NCBI GenBank assembly: GCA_020845895.1 | Contig: JADLEX010000094.1 | Span: 15,897-79,896 of the forward strand | Direction: 5' to 3' | DNA from: Deltaproteobacteria bacterium | Lineage (GTDB): Bacteria; Lernaellota; Lernaellaia; JACKCT01 | DNA: 64,000 nt | The notes under the pieces: model-generated | Told to the model about the DNA's origin: nothing | The model's database searches: none | What the model saw: the letters and a program-made list of their open reading frames with translations, nothing else | Shown here: one piece after another, positions 41,455 through 53,012 of the stretch | Position numbering within the stretch: position 1 is the stretch's first letter | Layout of the letters: each line of letters begins with the position of its first letter | Translations under genes and position numbers: made by a program

Positions 41455-42504
41455 TCAGGGAATTTGCCGCGGGCCGACCAGCCGCCACCACGCCGACAGG
41501 AGAGGGTTGAGAATGCGATCGGCGAGCGACGTGCCGAGACCCTCGAATTCGAGCTTCACGCTGATGTGAGCCTTCAGAACGCGCGCGGCGTTCGGATTCG
41601 CCATCGCCGTCCGGCGCCGAGCGGCGACCCACGCGCGGAACTCGCCCGACATCGCTTCGCGCATCGCGCGCCATTTCGCTCCGGCGAGTCCTCCGCGAGC
41701 GAGCTGGAGCAACACGGCGATTTCCATCGCCGCGAAAAACGGCGCAAGCCGTACCATCCACGACCACGGGAAGTACGAGCCGACGAACGCCCAGCGATTG
41801 CGTTCGAGGTATCGGAACTTGTCGGCGCTTTTGGAAAACGTGTAGTCGTGATCGATCATTGACGCCGGGACGACGAGGTTTTCTCCACCCGCGAGACGCA
41901 CCCGCCAACCCAGGTCCTGGTCCTCCACATAAAGGAAAAACGTCTCGTCGAATCCTCCGAGGGCGCTGAAGTCGGCCACGCGCATGACGAACGCGCATCC
42001 GCTGCACGTCGCGCACGCGAAGGGCTCGCGGTCCACGTACGCCGTGGGATCGCGACCGTAGCCGTCGGTGAAGCCGAAGCCGAGCAGGTGAACGCGGTTG
42101 CCCGCGCTGTTCACGCGCCGACCATCGTCCATCAGGATCAGCGGTTGGACGCACATCGCGCCGGGCGTGTTCTCCAGGGCCGAAAGAAGGGGCGAGAGCC
42201 AGCCGCGCCGCACGCGCGTGTCGGGATTGAGCACGGCGACGTGGGTGCAACCGAGTTCCGCCGCGCGGGCCACGCCGAGATTCACCCCCGCGCCGAAGCC
42301 CCCGTTTCGACCGGATTCGACGAGTACGACATCCGATCGTTCGGCGCGAAGCCACTCGACGGTGCCGTCGCGCGAGTCGTTGTCCACGACGATGATGTCG
42401 CGCGCGAGATCGTGCTCACCATCCGCGTCGAGCGACGCGAGCAGGTTCGGCAACGCCTCGCGCGAACGATAGGCCACGGTGACGATCGCAACGCGAACGG
42501 GCAT
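41455..42504 (-). CDS. Glycosyltransferase family 2
   Basis: IIVVDNDSRDGT, NGGFGAGVN, LNPDT, GGFDETFFLYVEDQDL. Confidence 0.9.
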   Translation of the reverse strand: MPVRVAIVTVAYRSREALPNLLASLDADGEHDLARDIIVVDNDSRDGTVEWLRAERSDVVLVESGRNGGFGAGVNLGVARAAELGCTHVAVLNPDTRVRRGWLSPLLSALENTPGAMCVQPLILMDDGRRVNSAGNRVHLLGFGFTDGYGRDPTAYVDREPFACATCSGCAFVMRVADFSALGGFDETFFLYVEDQDLGWRVRLAGGENLVVPASMIDHDYTFSKSADKFRYLERNRWAFVGSYFPWSWMVRLAPFFAAMEIAVLLQLARGGLAGAKWRAMREAMSGEFRAWVAARRRTAMANPNAARVLKAHISVKLEFEGLGTSLADRILNPLLSAWWRLVGPRQIP

Positions 42505-42614
42505 CGTTTCGGCGGCGGCAAGCTGCGAATTGGCGTGCAAGGAAGCGACTCCTTAACTGGCCGCATCTCTACCGCAACGAACGTGTCGTGCCTAGTCGTA
42601 CACTCCGCCACGAG

Positions 42615-43088
42615 TCACCCGAGTCGGGTGAACAACTCCACGCACCACGCATACGCCTTCGCGTAAATTGATTCCGATTTCGATTCACGGGGTCCGGCAA
42701 CGTTGAGCACCTCGAATCGCCCCGCGTGAACCCACGCGACGGCCTCGTCGATGGCGGGCGTCCGGGCGAGATCGACAACGAGGCACGGCTTCACGAGCCG
42801 TCGCGCCACCTCGATCGTGTAGGCGGTGCCGCCCGTCGGCGCGCCCATCGTCAGGACCAGCGTCGCGTCGGCGTCGCGCACATTCCACCGCGTGCGTTCG
42901 TCATATTCGGCGCTCGGCGTTTCGCGCAGCGGATAGCGAGCGGGAATCGGACCGTCCTCGGCGCGTCGCCCGGCCGGGCACCATCCGCCGCAGGCGAGAC
43001 CGACGGTGAGGGCGCCGTCGAGCGCGGCTCGGTCCACGCCGGTCTGGCCGCCGGAGACGATCGTCAATCGGGACGGGCGTGTGGACAT
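42615..43088 (-). CDS. SLOG-superfamily putative molybdenum-carrier-like protein
   Basis: IVSGGQTGVDRAALD, GGWCPAGRRAEDG, RTRWNVRDADATL, LNVAGPRES. Confidence 0.82.
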   Translation of the reverse strand: MSTRPSRLTIVSGGQTGVDRAALDGALTVGLACGGWCPAGRRAEDGPIPARYPLRETPSAEYDERTRWNVRDADATLVLTMGAPTGGTAYTIEVARRLVKPCLVVDLARTPAIDEAVAWVHAGRFEVLNVAGPRESKSESIYAKAYAWCVELFTRLG

Positions 43089-43147
43089 GCGTCGCGCTTG
43101 GGCTCCATCATTGCAACGACTTTGGGAACCGGGCGCGGGAGTGAAAC

Positions 43148-44110
43148 ATGAAAGCCATCTGGTTGGAAGACGGTCGGGCCGCGTGGCGCGACGTGCCGGA
43201 GCCCGAGCGTCGCCCGGGTTGGGATGTCGTGCAGGTAAGCGCGGTCGGCGTGTGCAACACCGATCTCGAGCTTACGCGCGGCTATATGAACTTTCGCGGC
43301 GTTCCCGGTCATGAGTTCGTCGGGCGCGTCGTTTCGGATGATTCGCCCCTCGCGGGGCGGCGCGTGGTCGGCGAGATCAACACGGGATGCGGTCGGTGCG
43401 CGGCGTGCCTCGCGGGATGGGCGCGCCATTGCGCGGAGCGCGGCGTGCTGGGCATCCTGAACCTACCGGGTGCTTTCGCGGAACGAATCGCGCTGCCGCG
43501 CGGCAACCTGAAGCCGATTCCCGATTCTCTTGACGACGAGCGAGCGGTCTTTATCGAGCCGCTGGCGGCGGCGCTGCGTCTGTCGGAGCAGGGACTTCTG
43601 ACGGCGGGCACGCGCACGCTGCTCGTCGGCGACGGCAAGCTCGCGCAGCTCGTCGCGCGGGTCCTCGCCCTGCACGGCGCACGCACCACGGTGCTCGGCC
43701 GCCACGCGCGCAAACTCGATCTGCTCGCGCCGTGGGTGAACGTAATCGCGAGGGATGCCCAGCGCGTTGCGCCCGCGTCGTTCGATCTCGTGATCGAAGC
43801 GTCGGGTTCGCCCGCGGGTATGGCGGCGGCGCTCGCGACCGTGCGCCCGATGGGCACGATCGTCGTGAAGAGCACCTGCGCGGGACGTATCGACCTCGAT
43901 CTCAGTCGGTGCGTCGTCGATGAAGTCCGCCTGGTCGGTTCGCGTTGCGGCCCCTTCGAGCCCGCCATCGACCTGCTGGCGCGGGGCCTCGTCGATCCGT
44001 CACCGCTCATCGACGCGCGATTCGACTTTCGCGAAACGATCGAAGCCCTGCGTCACGCGGCGACGCCGGGCGTGCTCAAGGTCGTCGTGCGTTTCCCCGC
44101 TTCGCCCTAA
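43148..44110 (+). CDS. Zinc-dependent alcohol dehydrogenase (MDR family)
   Basis: GVCNTD, GHEFVG, CGRCAAC...HC structural Zn site, GDGKLA. Confidence 0.9.
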   Translation: MKAIWLEDGRAAWRDVPEPERRPGWDVVQVSAVGVCNTDLELTRGYMNFRGVPGHEFVGRVVSDDSPLAGRRVVGEINTGCGRCAACLAGWARHCAERGVLGILNLPGAFAERIALPRGNLKPIPDSLDDERAVFIEPLAAALRLSEQGLLTAGTRTLLVGDGKLAQLVARVLALHGARTTVLGRHARKLDLLAPWVNVIARDAQRVAPASFDLVIEASGSPAGMAAALATVRPMGTIVVKSTCAGRIDLDLSRCVVDEVRLVGSRCGPFEPAIDLLARGLVDPSPLIDARFDFRETIEALRHAATPGVLKVVVRFPASP

Positions 44111-44151
44111 GAGCCGTCGCCAAAGCGCGACTTCGTGATTCGCAGATCCCG

Positions 44152-44217
44152 CATGTGGCACAGCCGCCCTCGGCTGTGCAGTTCTTGGCGCACAGCCGAG
44201 GGCGGCTGTGCCACATG
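44152..44217. repeat. REP doublet (REPIN-like): perfect 28-bp inverted repeat, each unit itself a hairpin
   Basis: CATGTGGCACAGCCGCCCTCGGCTGTGC (44152-79), 10-nt spacer, exact reverse complement (44190-217); lies between convergent genes. Confidence 0.8.
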
Positions 44218-44241
44218 AACTGCCCGAGTCGAGCAGCGCCG

Positions 44242-45015
44242 CTAAAACGTCAGCCTGACAACGCGCCACGCGATCGTCGCGGCGATGAACGCGACCATCG
44301 CGACGAGCCACGCCGCATCTCGATACCCGACTCGCGGCGCATCCATGCGCGTGCGTTTTGTCGACGCGCCGAATCCGCGAGCTTCTAGCGCGACTGCCAT
44401 GCCGTCCGCCTGACGCAGAGCCGCGATGAGCACGGGCGCGACGATGGCGGCGTAGGCGCGCATGCGGGCTGCCCATCCGCCGCGATCGACGTCGAGCCCG
44501 CGCGATCGCTGCGCTTCGGCCACGATGCCCGCGTTTTCGAGAAAAAGGGGCGTGAGCCGGAACGCGAGCGAGAGGGCGAAGGCGACGCGATACGGCAGTC
44601 CGAGCCGCTCCATGCCGTACGACACGTCCTCGATGCGCGTCGAGGTGAGATAAACGATGGCCGCCGTGAGAAACGCCACGAGGCGCAGACCCATGCCGAG
44701 TCCGTAAGCAAGGGTCTCGCGCGATGGCGCGAAGGGGCCGAACACGAAGTAGGGCGTATCCGCGCCGCGACGAAAGGCCGTCCACAGCGCCAGCGTGACG
44801 ACGAGAAAAACGGCGACAAGCCCGCGCGCGCGCCACAGATTCGCCCCCGCGCCGGTGGCGACGCCGACCGCGACGAAGATCGCCCAGATGGCGAGCATGG
44901 GCACGGGATCTTCCACGATGAGCGGCGGCGCGCATGCGAGTCCAAAGACCAGCAGGCGCGTGGAGGGATGCAGCCGCCCGAGCGACGTGTCATCGGAGCG
45001 GAAGAACGCGCTCAT
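44242..45015 (-). CDS. ecfT: ECF transporter transmembrane component T
   Basis: LHPSTRL, LAFRLTP, EAQRSRG, ALEARGF (ARG motifs). Confidence 0.88.
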   Translation of the reverse strand: MSAFFRSDDTSLGRLHPSTRLLVFGLACAPPLIVEDPVPMLAIWAIFVAVGVATGAGANLWRARGLVAVFLVVTLALWTAFRRGADTPYFVFGPFAPSRETLAYGLGMGLRLVAFLTAAIVYLTSTRIEDVSYGMERLGLPYRVAFALSLAFRLTPLFLENAGIVAEAQRSRGLDVDRGGWAARMRAYAAIVAPVLIAALRQADGMAVALEARGFGASTKRTRMDAPRVGYRDAAWLVAMVAFIAATIAWRVVRLTF

Positions 45016-46685
45016 GCCCGCTCCAACCGCGCCGCGAGCGAATCGACGGTGAGCGCGCGCGTGCCCATCCGGTGCGCGAGTCGGACGATCGACGGCGCGA
45101 CGAGGCGCGAGGCGCGACATGCGGCGTCGTCGGTCAGCACGCCGAACGGGTCGCCGTCCGCCACGATGCGCCCGTCGGCCATGGCGATGATGCGCGTCGC
45201 AAACGCCGCCGCGTGGGCGAGGGCGTGCGTGATGACGAGGACGGCGTGGCCCGCGTCCACGAGACGCGCGAGCGTCGCCATCATCCGCTCCTGCTCCGGG
45301 GCGTCGAGGCCGGTCGTCGGTTCATCGAGGATCAGGAGGCGCGGACGGCACGCCAGCACGCTTGCGAGGGCGAGGCGCTTGCGTTCGCCCTTGGTCATCG
45401 CGAAAGGATCGCGCCCGCCCGCGTCGGTGAGGCCCGCAATCGCGAGCGCCTCGTCCACGCGCCGCGCGATCTCATCCGGCGCGAGACGCTGATGACGCGG
45501 ACCGAAGGCGACCTCCTCGGCCGCCGTCGCGCAGAAGAGCTGGTGATCGGGATTCTGAAAGACGAGCCCGACCGCGCCGGGGCGCTCGTGCGCCGCGAGC
45601 GATGCGACCTCGCGACCGCCGACCCGCACCTGTCCCGCCCGTGGGCGGAGAATGCCGGCGAGCAGCTTGACGAGCGTTGTCTTGCCGCATCCGTTCGCGC
45701 CCACGAGCGCAACGAGCTCGCCCGCGCGGATCTCCAGATCGACGTCGCGCACCGCTGACTGATCGGCCCGATAGCCGAAGGTCAGACCCGTCGCGCGGAC
45801 CATCATGTCGCCGGTCGTGGGGAGCCGGTCGACGGAGGTCGATGTCGCGCGGAATCCCGAGGTTGCGAGCACGTCGCAAGCCGATTCGACGGAATCGGGT
45901 CGCTCGGCAAGCCCCAACCGTGCAAACAGATCGGCGAGCGGCGGCGGCGACGCACCGCAGGCGCGAACGCGTTCGGGATCGGTCCACATTTCTTCGGCCG
46001 TCATGACGGCGTGGACGCGCCCGTCCTTCATCGCGACGATCAGATCGGCATGGCCGAGCGACTCCAGGTCGTGCGTGACGTGAAGGACGGTTCGGAGTTC
46101 GGTCGCGAACGCCCGTACAATCCCGACGATCGCGGCGGCGGATTCGGGGTCGAGGTCGGTGGTGGGTTCGTCCAGGGCGAGGATCGGCGTTTCCGCGGCC
46201 AGCACACTGGCCAGCGCGAGGCGCTGCTTCTGCCCGCCCGAGAGCGACGCCGGCTCGCGCTCACGCAGGTCCCACAGGTCCATGCGCGTCAGCCACTCGC
46301 GCACGCGCGTCGCGATGACGGCGGGATCGAGGCCGCGGCTTTCGAGCGCGAAAGCCGCCTCGCGCAGCACGCTCGACGAAAAGAGCTGCGTCTCGAAGTC
46401 CTGAAAGACGATCCCCACGGTTGCGGAGAGCTCGGCGACGGTCCTGTCGGCGATGTCCTCGCCGAAAAGTCGCACCGCCCCGCGCCACTCGCCCTTGCGA
46501 AACGTCGGAACGATGCGGTTGAGGGTTTGCGTGAGCGTGGATTTTCCCGCGCCGTTGTGCCCGATGACACCGATGACGCCGCCAGCGGGCAGGGCGAGCC
46601 GGATGTCGCGCAGCGCGGGTGCGTCGGCGCGGCGATCGCGGAACAGTTCGATGTCGAATTCGGCGGCGGGGGAGTCGGGTTTCAC
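45012..46685 (-). CDS. ecfA: ECF transporter fused dual ATPase (A-A')
   Basis: Two ABC domains: GHNGAGKST/LSGGQKQR/LDEPT and [26 protein letters not shown]; GTG start inferred. Confidence 0.88.
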   Translation of the reverse strand: MKPDSPAAEFDIELFRDRRADAPALRDIRLALPAGGVIGVIGHNGAGKSTLTQTLNRIVPTFRKGEWRGAVRLFGEDIADRTVAELSATVGIVFQDFETQLFSSSVLREAAFALESRGLDPAVIATRVREWLTRMDLWDLREREPASLSGGQKQRLALASVLAAETPILALDEPTTDLDPESAAAIVGIVRAFATELRTVLHVTHDLESLGHADLIVAMKDGRVHAVMTAEEMWTDPERVRACGASPPPLADLFARLGLAERPDSVESACDVLATSGFRATSTSVDRLPTTGDMMVRATGLTFGYRADQSAVRDVDLEIRAGELVALVGANGCGKTTLVKLLAGILRPRAGQVRVGGREVASLAAHERPGAVGLVFQNPDHQLFCATAAEEVAFGPRHQRLAPDEIARRVDEALAIAGLTDAGGRDPFAMTKGERKRLALASVLACRPRLLILDEPTTGLDAPEQERMMATLARLVDAGHAVLVITHALAHAAAFATRIIAMADGRIVADGDPFGVLTDDAACRASRLVAPSIVRLAHRMGTRALTVDSLAARLERA

Positions 46686-46702
46686 GAAAGTGCGTTCCTG
46701 CT

Positions 46703-47488
46703 CTAAAGCAGCGCGCAGCCGACGAGCATGACGACCAGGAACGGCGCCACGCCCGCGCCGATGGCGGCGGTTCCCGTAACCCCGGCGAAGCCCGCCGCGC
46801 CGAACGACGCGTCGAGCGCACCGAAGGCGATGGCGTCGCCGACCGCGAACGCGGCGAGGGCCCCGGCCACGGCGAGGATCGCGCCGACGCCACGTCGCCC
46901 GGACGGAGGCGGCGCGAGGTCCATCACGTCGTGCCAGACGAGTCCCGCCCGTTCGACGCGGGGATAGAGCAACGCGACCAGCGGCAACGCGAGCGCCAGC
47001 GAACTGAGCAGGTTGTTGACGAGAATGATGTTGCCGAGCGCGGCAAACGGCGCGAGCCCGAGCAGGTCCACGCCCCAGCCGATCGCCGACGCGATGGCGA
47101 AGCAACCGGCAACCATCGCCGCCGCAACGAGCAGCCAGTCGGCCCGGCCGCCCTCGCCGGGGCGCGCATGGCCGCGAAAAGCCCGCCAAATCGAATAGGG
47201 CAGGTAGCCGTAGAGGAAGTTGCCGACGAACCCGAAAAAGCTGCCCGGTCCGAACATCCCGCCGAGAAAATCCGCGACGAGGTTGCCGATCGCCGCGCCC
47301 CACGCCGCCGCCGGACCGAATAGCAGGGACATGAGCACGGGCACCGCCGCGCCCGGGCGCACCTCGGTGAGGCCCGGCACCAGGACCGCGATCTTGAACG
47401 GCAACAGCACCGCGACATAACACGCCGCGCAAACCGCCGTCAGGACGACCATCCGGGTGGACTTCCACATGGTGAGCAGTTCGCGCAC
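46703..47488 (-). CDS. ECF substrate-binding S component (QueT-like)
   Basis: MWKSTRMVVLTAV, TEVRP...LLFGPAAAWGAAIGNL.AD; cotranscribed with ecfA/ecfT; substrate unproven. Confidence 0.7.
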   Translation of the reverse strand: MRELLTMWKSTRMVVLTAVCAACYVAVLLPFKIAVLVPGLTEVRPGAAVPVLMSLLFGPAAAWGAAIGNLVADFLGGMFGPGSFFGFVGNFLYGYLPYSIWRAFRGHARPGEGGRADWLLVAAAMVAGCFAIASAIGWGVDLLGLAPFAALGNIILVNNLLSSLALALPLVALLYPRVERAGLVWHDVMDLAPPPSGRRGVGAILAVAGALAAFAVGDAIAFGALDASFGAAGFAGVTGTAAIGAGVAPFLVVMLVGCALL

Positions 47489-47706
47489 GGCGACCTCCGC
47501 GGGGTGTGGCGAGGGGCGGGACCACGGGGAAATTCTCACCGCGTCTCCGCCGCGTCAAGCTGGAATGCCCGCGCGGTTGCGACATTGCTCCATCGCGCCG
47601 CCGGCTCCTCCAGACTGCACGAAATCGTCACCGGCGCGCGAAGATTGTGGCAAATTGTGCACAAAAGCGGAGAATCCCGGTGAACATGCCAAATTGGGGC
47701 AGGCTG

Positions 47707-47735
47707 TTCACGCGGATGTCACACATTCGTCACAC
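47707..47735 (+). promoter_or_regulatory. Pho box upstream of phoB-pstSCAB-phoU
   Basis: 11-bp-spaced direct repeats TTCACGC (47707), GTCACAC (47718), GTCACAC (47729), followed by a TTTAAG -10-like element. Confidence 0.7.
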
Positions 47736-47782
47736 GAGTCGTTTTTAAGAGCGCGCGTGACGAGCACGTTCAGAAGGACACC

Positions 47783-48490
47783 ATGACGACCCAAATCCTG
47801 ATCATCGAGGACGAAGCCGACCTCGTCGCCAATTTGGAATACAACCTTCAAAAGGAAGGTTACCGTACGCGCTCGGCGCTGAACGGCAAGGCGGGGCTCG
47901 ACCTGGTCGGCCACGGACCGACCCCGGACCTCGTGCTCCTCGATTTGATGCTGCCGGATGTACCGGGGACCGAGGTCTGCCGCCAGATCCGCAATCACGA
48001 AAAGACGAAGAACACACCCGTGATTTTCCTCACGGCCAAGGGTGACGAAATCGACCGCATCGTCGGATTCGAGATCGGGGCCGACGACTACATGACCAAG
48101 CCGTTCAGCGTGCGCGAACTCGTTCTGCGCATTCGCGCCGTGCTGCGTCGCACGCAGGTCGATGAACTGCCCGAGGGCGAGCAGATCCGATTCGGGCGGC
48201 TCGTGATCGATCGCGGCGCGCACCGAGCGTGGGTGGGCGAGGAAGAAGTGGCGCTGACGGCGCTGGAATTCCGTCTCCTCACGACGTTTTTGTCGCGCAA
48301 GGGTCGGGTGCAGACCCGCGAAAAACTTCTCGACGACGTGTGGGGAATCCAGGCGGACGTGACGACGCGCACCGTGGACACGCACGTGAAACGATTGCGG
48401 CAGAAGCTCGGGGATCTCGGCGCGTACATCGAGACGATACGCGGGGTCGGGTACAGGTTCTGTACGACCCCGGACGACATCAAGGTTTGA
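47783..48490 (+). CDS. phoB: PhoB-like OmpR-family response regulator
   Basis: [46 protein letters not shown]; precedes the pst operon. Confidence 0.88.
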   Translation: MTTQILIIEDEADLVANLEYNLQKEGYRTRSALNGKAGLDLVGHGPTPDLVLLDLMLPDVPGTEVCRQIRNHEKTKNTPVIFLTAKGDEIDRIVGFEIGADDYMTKPFSVRELVLRIRAVLRRTQVDELPEGEQIRFGRLVIDRGAHRAWVGEEEVALTALEFRLLTTFLSRKGRVQTREKLLDDVWGIQADVTTRTVDTHVKRLRQKLGDLGAYIETIRGVGYRFCTTPDDIKV

Positions 48491-48542
48491 TTTTCGGTTT
48501 GACCTTCACCCGTTCCAGATTCGGACATTCAAGGAGTTGCCC

Positions 48543-49658
<1,116 letters not shown>

Positions 49659-49680
49659 GGCGCGCTCCGCACCGCATTCC

Positions 49681-50583
49681 ATGGCTGACCAGTCCGCATT
49701 CCAGAATCGCCGCACATGGACGGAGACCCTGATCGAACGGGGTCTCTTCCTGTGCGGCGTCGTGTCGGTCGTCACGACCTTCGGTATCGTCGCGATTCTG
49801 GGATACGAGTCCTACGGGTTTTTTCGCGAAGTGCGCCTGCGGGACTTTTTGTTCGACACGCAGTGGACGCCGCTGTTTTTCACGAAACGATTCGGCATTT
49901 GGCCGCTCGTGTCGGGAACGGTCCTGACGACGGCGATCGCGATCGTCGTCGCGCTCCCCTTCGGTCTTCTCGCGGCGATCTACCTGAGCGAATTCGCCAA
50001 CGAGCGGTCGCGCCGCATCGTCAAACCCGCAATCGAGATTCTCGCCGGCGTCCCCACGATCGTGTACGGATACTTCGCGCTCGTTTTCGTCACGCCGCTC
50101 CTGCAAAAAATCGTGCCCGACCTGGCTGGATTCAACTCCCTGTCGCCGGGCATCGTGATGGGTGTGATGATCATCCCGCTCATCTCTTCGCTCTCCGAGG
50201 ACGCCCTTTACTCGGTACCGATGAGCCTGCGCGAGGGGGCTTACGCGCTGGGCGCGGGTAAGCTGCCGACGATCTTTCGCGTAGTGATTCCCGCGGCGCT
50301 CTCGGGCATCGCCGCCGCTGTCACCCTCGCGGTGTCGCGCGCGGTGGGCGAGACGATGATCATGGCCATCGCGGCGGGCCAGCAGCCGCGCCTGACCCTC
50401 GACCCCCGCGTTCAGATCGAGACCATGACCGCGTACATCGTGCAGGTGGCGCTCGGCGACACGCCGCACGGCACGCTTGCGTATCAGACGATCTTCGTCG
50501 TCGGCGCGTGTCTGTTCCTCATGACGCTCGGCATGAACATGCTCAGCCAGCGTCTGGCGCGCCGGTATCGGAGGAAGAACTGA
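49681..50583 (+). CDS. pstC: Phosphate ABC permease
   Basis: [30 protein letters not shown]. Confidence 0.93.
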   Translation: MADQSAFQNRRTWTETLIERGLFLCGVVSVVTTFGIVAILGYESYGFFREVRLRDFLFDTQWTPLFFTKRFGIWPLVSGTVLTTAIAIVVALPFGLLAAIYLSEFANERSRRIVKPAIEILAGVPTIVYGYFALVFVTPLLQKIVPDLAGFNSLSPGIVMGVMIIPLISSLSEDALYSVPMSLREGAYALGAGKLPTIFRVVIPAALSGIAAAVTLAVSRAVGETMIMAIAAGQQPRLTLDPRVQIETMTAYIVQVALGDTPHGTLAYQTIFVVGACLFLMTLGMNMLSQRLARRYRRKN

Positions 50584-51437
50584 TGCAGGGCGCCCGGCGG
50601 GGAAAACTTGCGGAGCAGGTGTTTCGGTGGGTCTGCCTTGTCGCCATGACGTTGCCGCTCATCGTGCTGGCCGTGCTCATCATCGACGTGGCGCGCGACG
50701 GCGCGGAGCGGATCGGGTGGGATTTTCTGACCAGCTACCCGTCGCGCAACCCCGAAAACGCGGGAATCCTCCCGGCGCTCGTCGGCAGCCTCGTCGTTGT
50801 TGCGCTCACGGCGCTCCTTGCGCTGCCCATCGGGGTCGGCGCGGCGGTCTATCTCGAGGAATACGGAAAGCGCAGCTTTTGGGCGAACCTCATTGAAGTG
50901 AACATCGCGAACCTCGCCGGCGTGCCGTCGATCATTTACGGCCTGCTTGGCCTCGGCCTGTTCGTGCGCGCGTTCGGATTCGGCCGCAGCGTGATCGCGG
51001 GCGCGGGAACGCTCGCGCTGCTCGTGTTGCCGGTCGTCATCCTTTCCACGCGCGAGGCGCTCGCGACGGTGCCCAACGCCCTGCGCGAGGGCGCGCTGGC
51101 GCTGGGCGCGACGAAATGGCAGACCACGCGGCGGGTGGTGTTACCGATGGCGTTTCCCGGAATTCTGACCGGGACGATTCTGTCGGTGGCTCGCGCGCTG
51201 GGCGAAACCGCCCCGCTCATCACGATTGGCGCTCTGACCTACGTGCCGTTTCTGCCCGACGGGCTGCGTTCGCCGTTCACGGCGCTGCCGATCCAGATCT
51301 TCAACTGGGTGTCGAGGCCGCAAAAGGGATTCGTCACTAACGCGGCAGCGGGTATTCTGGTCCTGCTCGTCATTCTGCTCTTGCTCAACGGAATCGCGAT
51401 CTACCTGCGGAATCGTTTTCAGAAGCGTGTGTATTAG
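50583..51437 (+). CDS. pstA: Phosphate ABC permease
   Basis: [32 protein letters not shown]. Confidence 0.93.
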   Translation: MQGARRGKLAEQVFRWVCLVAMTLPLIVLAVLIIDVARDGAERIGWDFLTSYPSRNPENAGILPALVGSLVVVALTALLALPIGVGAAVYLEEYGKRSFWANLIEVNIANLAGVPSIIYGLLGLGLFVRAFGFGRSVIAGAGTLALLVLPVVILSTREALATVPNALREGALALGATKWQTTRRVVLPMAFPGILTGTILSVARALGETAPLITIGALTYVPFLPDGLRSPFTALPIQIFNWVSRPQKGFVTNAAAGILVLLVILLLLNGIAIYLRNRFQKRVY

Positions 51438-51501
51438 CTAAAGTCCGTTTTTCGTCGCCCGGCCTTTGCGGTCGTGAATACGCGACGACTGGAGTCTGAC
51501 G

Positions 51502-52272
51502 GTGTCCGCGGTCAACGGCGCCATATTTCGTGTGCGGGATCTGAATGCCTGGTACGGGCCCCAGCACACCTTGAAGTCGATCACCATCGACGTGCCCGAC
51601 AATCGGGTCACGGAGGTGATCGGTCCATCGGGTTGCGGCAAGTCCACGTTCATCCGCTGCCTCAACCGCATGCACGAACTTATCGACGGCGCGCGCGTCG
51701 AAGGCGAGGTCGTGTATGGCGGCGTCAACATCTACGGTCGCGAAGTCGATCCTGTGTTGCTGCGCCGACGTGTCGGGATGGTGTTTCAGAAACCCAATCC
51801 CTTCCCGACCATGACCGTGCGCGACAATGTGCTCGCGGGCCTTCGTCTAACGGGTGCGCTGAAGCGGTCGGACGCGGCCGATCTGGTGGAGCGCGCCCTG
51901 CGGCAGGCGGCGCTTTGGGACGAGGTGAAGGACTACCTCGACAAGGCCGGATCGGGTCTATCGGGCGGACAGCAGCAGCGTCTGTGCATCGCGCGGGCGC
52001 TGGCGGTCGATCCCGAGGTCATCCTGATGGACGAGCCGTGCTCGGCGCTCGATCCGATCGCCACGGCGCGCATCGAGGAGCTGATCCACCAGCTTCGCGA
52101 GAACTACACGATCGTCATCGTCACGCACAACATGCAGCAGGCCGGGCGCGTGTCCGACCAGACCGCGTTTTTTCTCATGGGCGAACTGATCGAATTCACG
52201 GACACGAACGTGCTGTTCCGATCGCCGAGCGACCGCCGGACCGAGGAATACATCACGGGCAAGTTCGGTTGA
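51502..52272 (+). CDS. pstB: Phosphate ABC ATPase
   Basis: [51 protein letters not shown]. Confidence 0.96.
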   Translation: MSAVNGAIFRVRDLNAWYGPQHTLKSITIDVPDNRVTEVIGPSGCGKSTFIRCLNRMHELIDGARVEGEVVYGGVNIYGREVDPVLLRRRVGMVFQKPNPFPTMTVRDNVLAGLRLTGALKRSDAADLVERALRQAALWDEVKDYLDKAGSGLSGGQQQRLCIARALAVDPEVILMDEPCSALDPIATARIEELIHQLRENYTIVIVTHNMQQAGRVSDQTAFFLMGELIEFTDTNVLFRSPSDRRTEEYITGKFG

Positions 52273-52301
52273 CGCCTTCGCGCGCGCCGCGCGCGAGGGA
52301 T

Positions 52302-53012
52302 ATGGAGACGCCGGGAGAGATGGAGAAGACGCACACCGACAGCGCTTACGAGCGGGAACTGCACGACCTGCGCGAGACACTGCTGCGCATGGCGGGGCTT
52401 TGCGAGGAGATGATCGCCGACGCGATCCGCTCCATCGTCGAGCGCAATTCCGAACTCGCGCGGGAGACCATTGAGCGAGACTTCGAGGTCAATCGCGCCG
52501 AGGTGCAGGTGGACGAACTCGTCTTCCTGGTCCTCGCCAAGCGCCAGCCGGTCGCGAAGGACCTGCGTTTCACGACGCAGGCCATCAAGATGGCCAACGA
52601 TCTCGAGCGAATCGGCGACCTCGCGGTGAATATCTGCGAGCGCGCGCTCTTGCTCAATCTCGAGCCGCAGCTCAAGCCGTATCAGGACATTCCGAAGATG
52701 GCCGATATCGTCATGTCCATGGTGCGCGAGTCGATCGACGCCTTCGTGAAAGAAGACGCCGACCTCGCGGAGCAGATCATGGAGCGCGACGATGAGGTCG
52801 ACGACCTCTACCATGTCATCATCCGCGATCTGCTGGCGATCATGCTCAAGAATCCGGACGCGGTGGAACGCGGGATTCACATCCAGTCGATCGCGAAGTT
52901 TCTGGAGCGCATGGCCGACCACAGCACGAACCTATGCGAGCAGGTCGTGTTTCTGGTCAAGGGCAAGGACGTGCGTCAGATCGACGGGCTCGAAAAGGTC
53001 CGCAAGGGTTAG
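52302..53012 (+). CDS. phoU: Phosphate signalling protein PhoU
   Basis: RQPVAKDLR, DLERIGDLAVNI, LERMADHSTN; start 52302 or 52320. Confidence 0.95.
   Translation: METPGEMEKTHTDSAYERELHDLRETLLRMAGLCEEMIADAIRSIVERNSELARETIERDFEVNRAEVQVDELVFLVLAKRQPVAKDLRFTTQAIKMANDLERIGDLAVNICERALLLNLEPQLKPYQDIPKMADIVMSMVRESIDAFVKEDADLAEQIMERDDEVDDLYHVIIRDLLAIMLKNPDAVERGIHIQSIAKFLERMADHSTNLCEQVVFLVKGKDVRQIDGLEKVRKG

Noticed and set aside
47489-47700. preQ1 or other riboswitch upstream of the QueT-like S component
   Set aside because: No preQ1 stem/A-rich tail or other recognisable aptamer.
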